Source: Anaerolineales bacterium
GTDB taxonomy: Bacteria > Chloroflexota > Anaerolineae > Anaerolineales > Villigracilaceae
DNA length: 55,653 nucleotides
Direction: 5' to 3'
Assembly: GCA_034434035.1 (NCBI GenBank)
Contig: DAOTZM010000088.1
Coordinates: 1-55,653 of the forward strand
Positions 54,240-55,653 of this stretch are shown here, piece after piece. Under the pieces are notes generated by a model, which was not told the origin of the DNA, did not search any database, and saw only the letters and a program-made list of their open reading frames with translations. The position numbers were made by a program, and so were the translations under genes. How positions within the stretch are numbered: the first letter of the stretch is position 1; the number at the start of each line of letters is the position of its first letter.

Positions 54240-54917
54240 ATGCCCCTTCCCTCCATCATCGCCATCGACGGGCCTGCCGCGTCGGGCAAATCTACGCTAG
54301 GTTTCCGTCTGGCGGAAGTTCTTGGTTATTTATATTTCGACACCGGTTTGATGTATCGCGCCGTCACCTGGCTGGCCCTCAACCAGGGCATTGATGTCAA
54401 CGACGAGTCCGCTGTCACCCGCCTGGCAGAAGACGTTCCCATCGAAGTGACCGCGCCCTCGCTGGAAGATGGCCGGGCCTGCGACGTGGTCGTGGATGGA
54501 CACGACATTACCTGGGAGATTCGCAAACCCGAAGTGGATGCCAACGTCTCGGTCGTTTCGGCCTATCCGGGCGTGCGCAAAGCGCTCAGCACCCAGCAGC
54601 GCCGGATTGGGATGCGCGGGCGGGTGGTGATGGTGGGACGCGATATCGGTACGGTCGTCTTGCCCGAAGCCGACTTGAAAATCTACCTGGATGCTTCGTC
54701 CGAAGAACGCGCCAACCGCCGTCACAAAGAAATCATAGGGCGCGGAGGCCGCGCCAATTACGCGGATGTGCTGGGGAAAGTCCGCGACCGCGACCGGATT
54801 GACTCGACCCGCGCGGTTGCCCCGCTCAAACCCGCCGCTGACGCCGTGATTCTCGATTCTGACGCGCTCGACGCCGACGAAGTCTTCGAAAAAGCCTACG
54901 ATTTGTGCAAAGCATGA
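54240..54917 (+). CDS. cmk: cytidylate kinase
   Basis: IIAIDGPAASGKST P-loop and YFDTGLMYRA. ATG at 54240 preferred over TTG at 54228. Confidence 0.9.
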   Translation: MPLPSIIAIDGPAASGKSTLGFRLAEVLGYLYFDTGLMYRAVTWLALNQGIDVNDESAVTRLAEDVPIEVTAPSLEDGRACDVVVDGHDITWEIRKPEVDANVSVVSAYPGVRKALSTQQRRIGMRGRVVMVGRDIGTVVLPEADLKIYLDASSEERANRRHKEIIGRGGRANYADVLGKVRDRDRIDSTRAVAPLKPAADAVILDSDALDADEVFEKAYDLCKA

Positions 54918-55609
54918 GCGCGCCCTACCGTGTCCCGCTCCGCAACCGGCTCAGCCGCGCCCTGCTGCGGCCCGTCTTTCGCGGCCTGTTCCACCTGCTC
55001 GCGCGAGTTGCCATTCAGGGCGTCGAGAATGTCCCTTACGGAAAACCGTATATCGCGGTCATCAACCACATCTCGACCTTCGACCCGCCCTTTGCGCTGT
55101 CCTTCTGGCCGGAAGATATCGAAGCCCTGGGCGCTTCGGATATTTGGGAACGCGCCGGCTTCGGGCAAAACCTTCTGGTGCGGCTGTTCGGCGCGACGCC
55201 CGTCCGGCGCGGCGAGTATGACCGCCGGGCGCTGGAGCGGGTGGCGCATGTCCTCAAATCTGGCTATCCGCTCTTGATGTCACCCGAAGGCGGACGGACT
55301 CATTCGGTCGCCATGCGGCAGGCCAAACCGGGGTTGGCGTTCCTGGTGGAGATGACGAATATGCCGGTCGTGCCGGCGGGGATTACCGGCACAACGGATG
55401 ATTTTTTCAAAAAAGCCATACGCGGCCTGCGCCCCCCACTGACAATGACCATCGGTGAGCCGATTACCCTGCCCCCGGTGGAGGGACGCGGCGAGGCGCG
55501 GCGCGAATGCCGCCAGCGCAACACCGACCTGGTGATGTCACAGATTGCCGGGCTGCTGCCGCAGGAGTATCGCGGGTATTACGCTGAAACAGCAATCGCG
55601 CCAGAGTAG
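54914..55609 (+). CDS. plsC: 1-acyl-sn-glycerol-3-phosphate acyltransferase-like (PlsC family)
   Basis: NHISTFD (HxxxxD) and MSPEGGRT motifs. ATGA overlap with the cmk stop. Confidence 0.8.
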   Translation: MSAPYRVPLRNRLSRALLRPVFRGLFHLLARVAIQGVENVPYGKPYIAVINHISTFDPPFALSFWPEDIEALGASDIWERAGFGQNLLVRLFGATPVRRGEYDRRALERVAHVLKSGYPLLMSPEGGRTHSVAMRQAKPGLAFLVEMTNMPVVPAGITGTTDDFFKKAIRGLRPPLTMTIGEPITLPPVEGRGEARRECRQRNTDLVMSQIAGLLPQEYRGYYAETAIAPE

Positions 55610-55653
55610 GCGCGATTTTTATTTTGGAGTCCAGCGGCTTGCCGCTGAATTTG

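Noticed and set aside
1-55653. rRNA, tRNA, tmRNA or known riboswitches in intergenic regions
   Set aside because: None of the intergenic stretches shows cloverleaf/T-loop features or motifs I can recognise. I cannot exclude small RNAs without covariance-model searches.

Overview
High-GC bacterial chromosomal segment. The gene content (two Chlor_Arch_YYY/DUF2298 giant membrane proteins, several GT-C glycosyltransferase-like proteins, STAND/WD40/TPR proteins, dense REP-like repeats) suggests a filamentous Chloroflexota, Anaerolineae-like genome; this is inference only. Housekeeping genes: nadD, lepA, cmk, plsC-like. Accessory content: (1) A five-gene plus-strand operon (2806-12025) encoding a CHAT protease-SIR2 fusion, a membrane-anchored STAND NTPase with a WD40 array, a second caspase-fold cysteine protease, an acidic unknown protein and a 107-aa protein. 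The 107-aa protein is homologous to the C-terminal domain of the second protease. This is my top candidate for an uncharacterised apoptosome-like conflict or cell-death system. (2) A minus-strand sulfur/multiheme-cytochrome cluster (13850-23923): split YeeE/YedE with a rhodanese fusion, an octaheme OTR-like cytochrome, a 7-heme cytochrome fused to a membrane cytochrome b, ArsR, a 4x rhodanese lipoprotein, and an 11-heme cytochrome cut off from its lipoprotein signal peptide by an in-frame UGA followed by a hairpin. (3) A diversity-generating retroelement (27611-32026) targeting a STAND-TPR-TM-FGE/C-type-lectin receptor. The variable repeat (VR) differs from the template repeat (TR) at 19 positions, all TR adenines. 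The TR also carries a 25-nt hairpin insertion and avd has an in-frame amber codon. (4) A RAYT transposase flanked by REP arrays. (5) An AT-rich Type II R-M island. (6) A VapBC pair. (7) An envelope-glycosylation cluster (38122-54190). Several families of short palindromic and heptameric repeats occur, some embedded in frame inside CDSs. No rRNA, tRNA or CRISPR was recognised.
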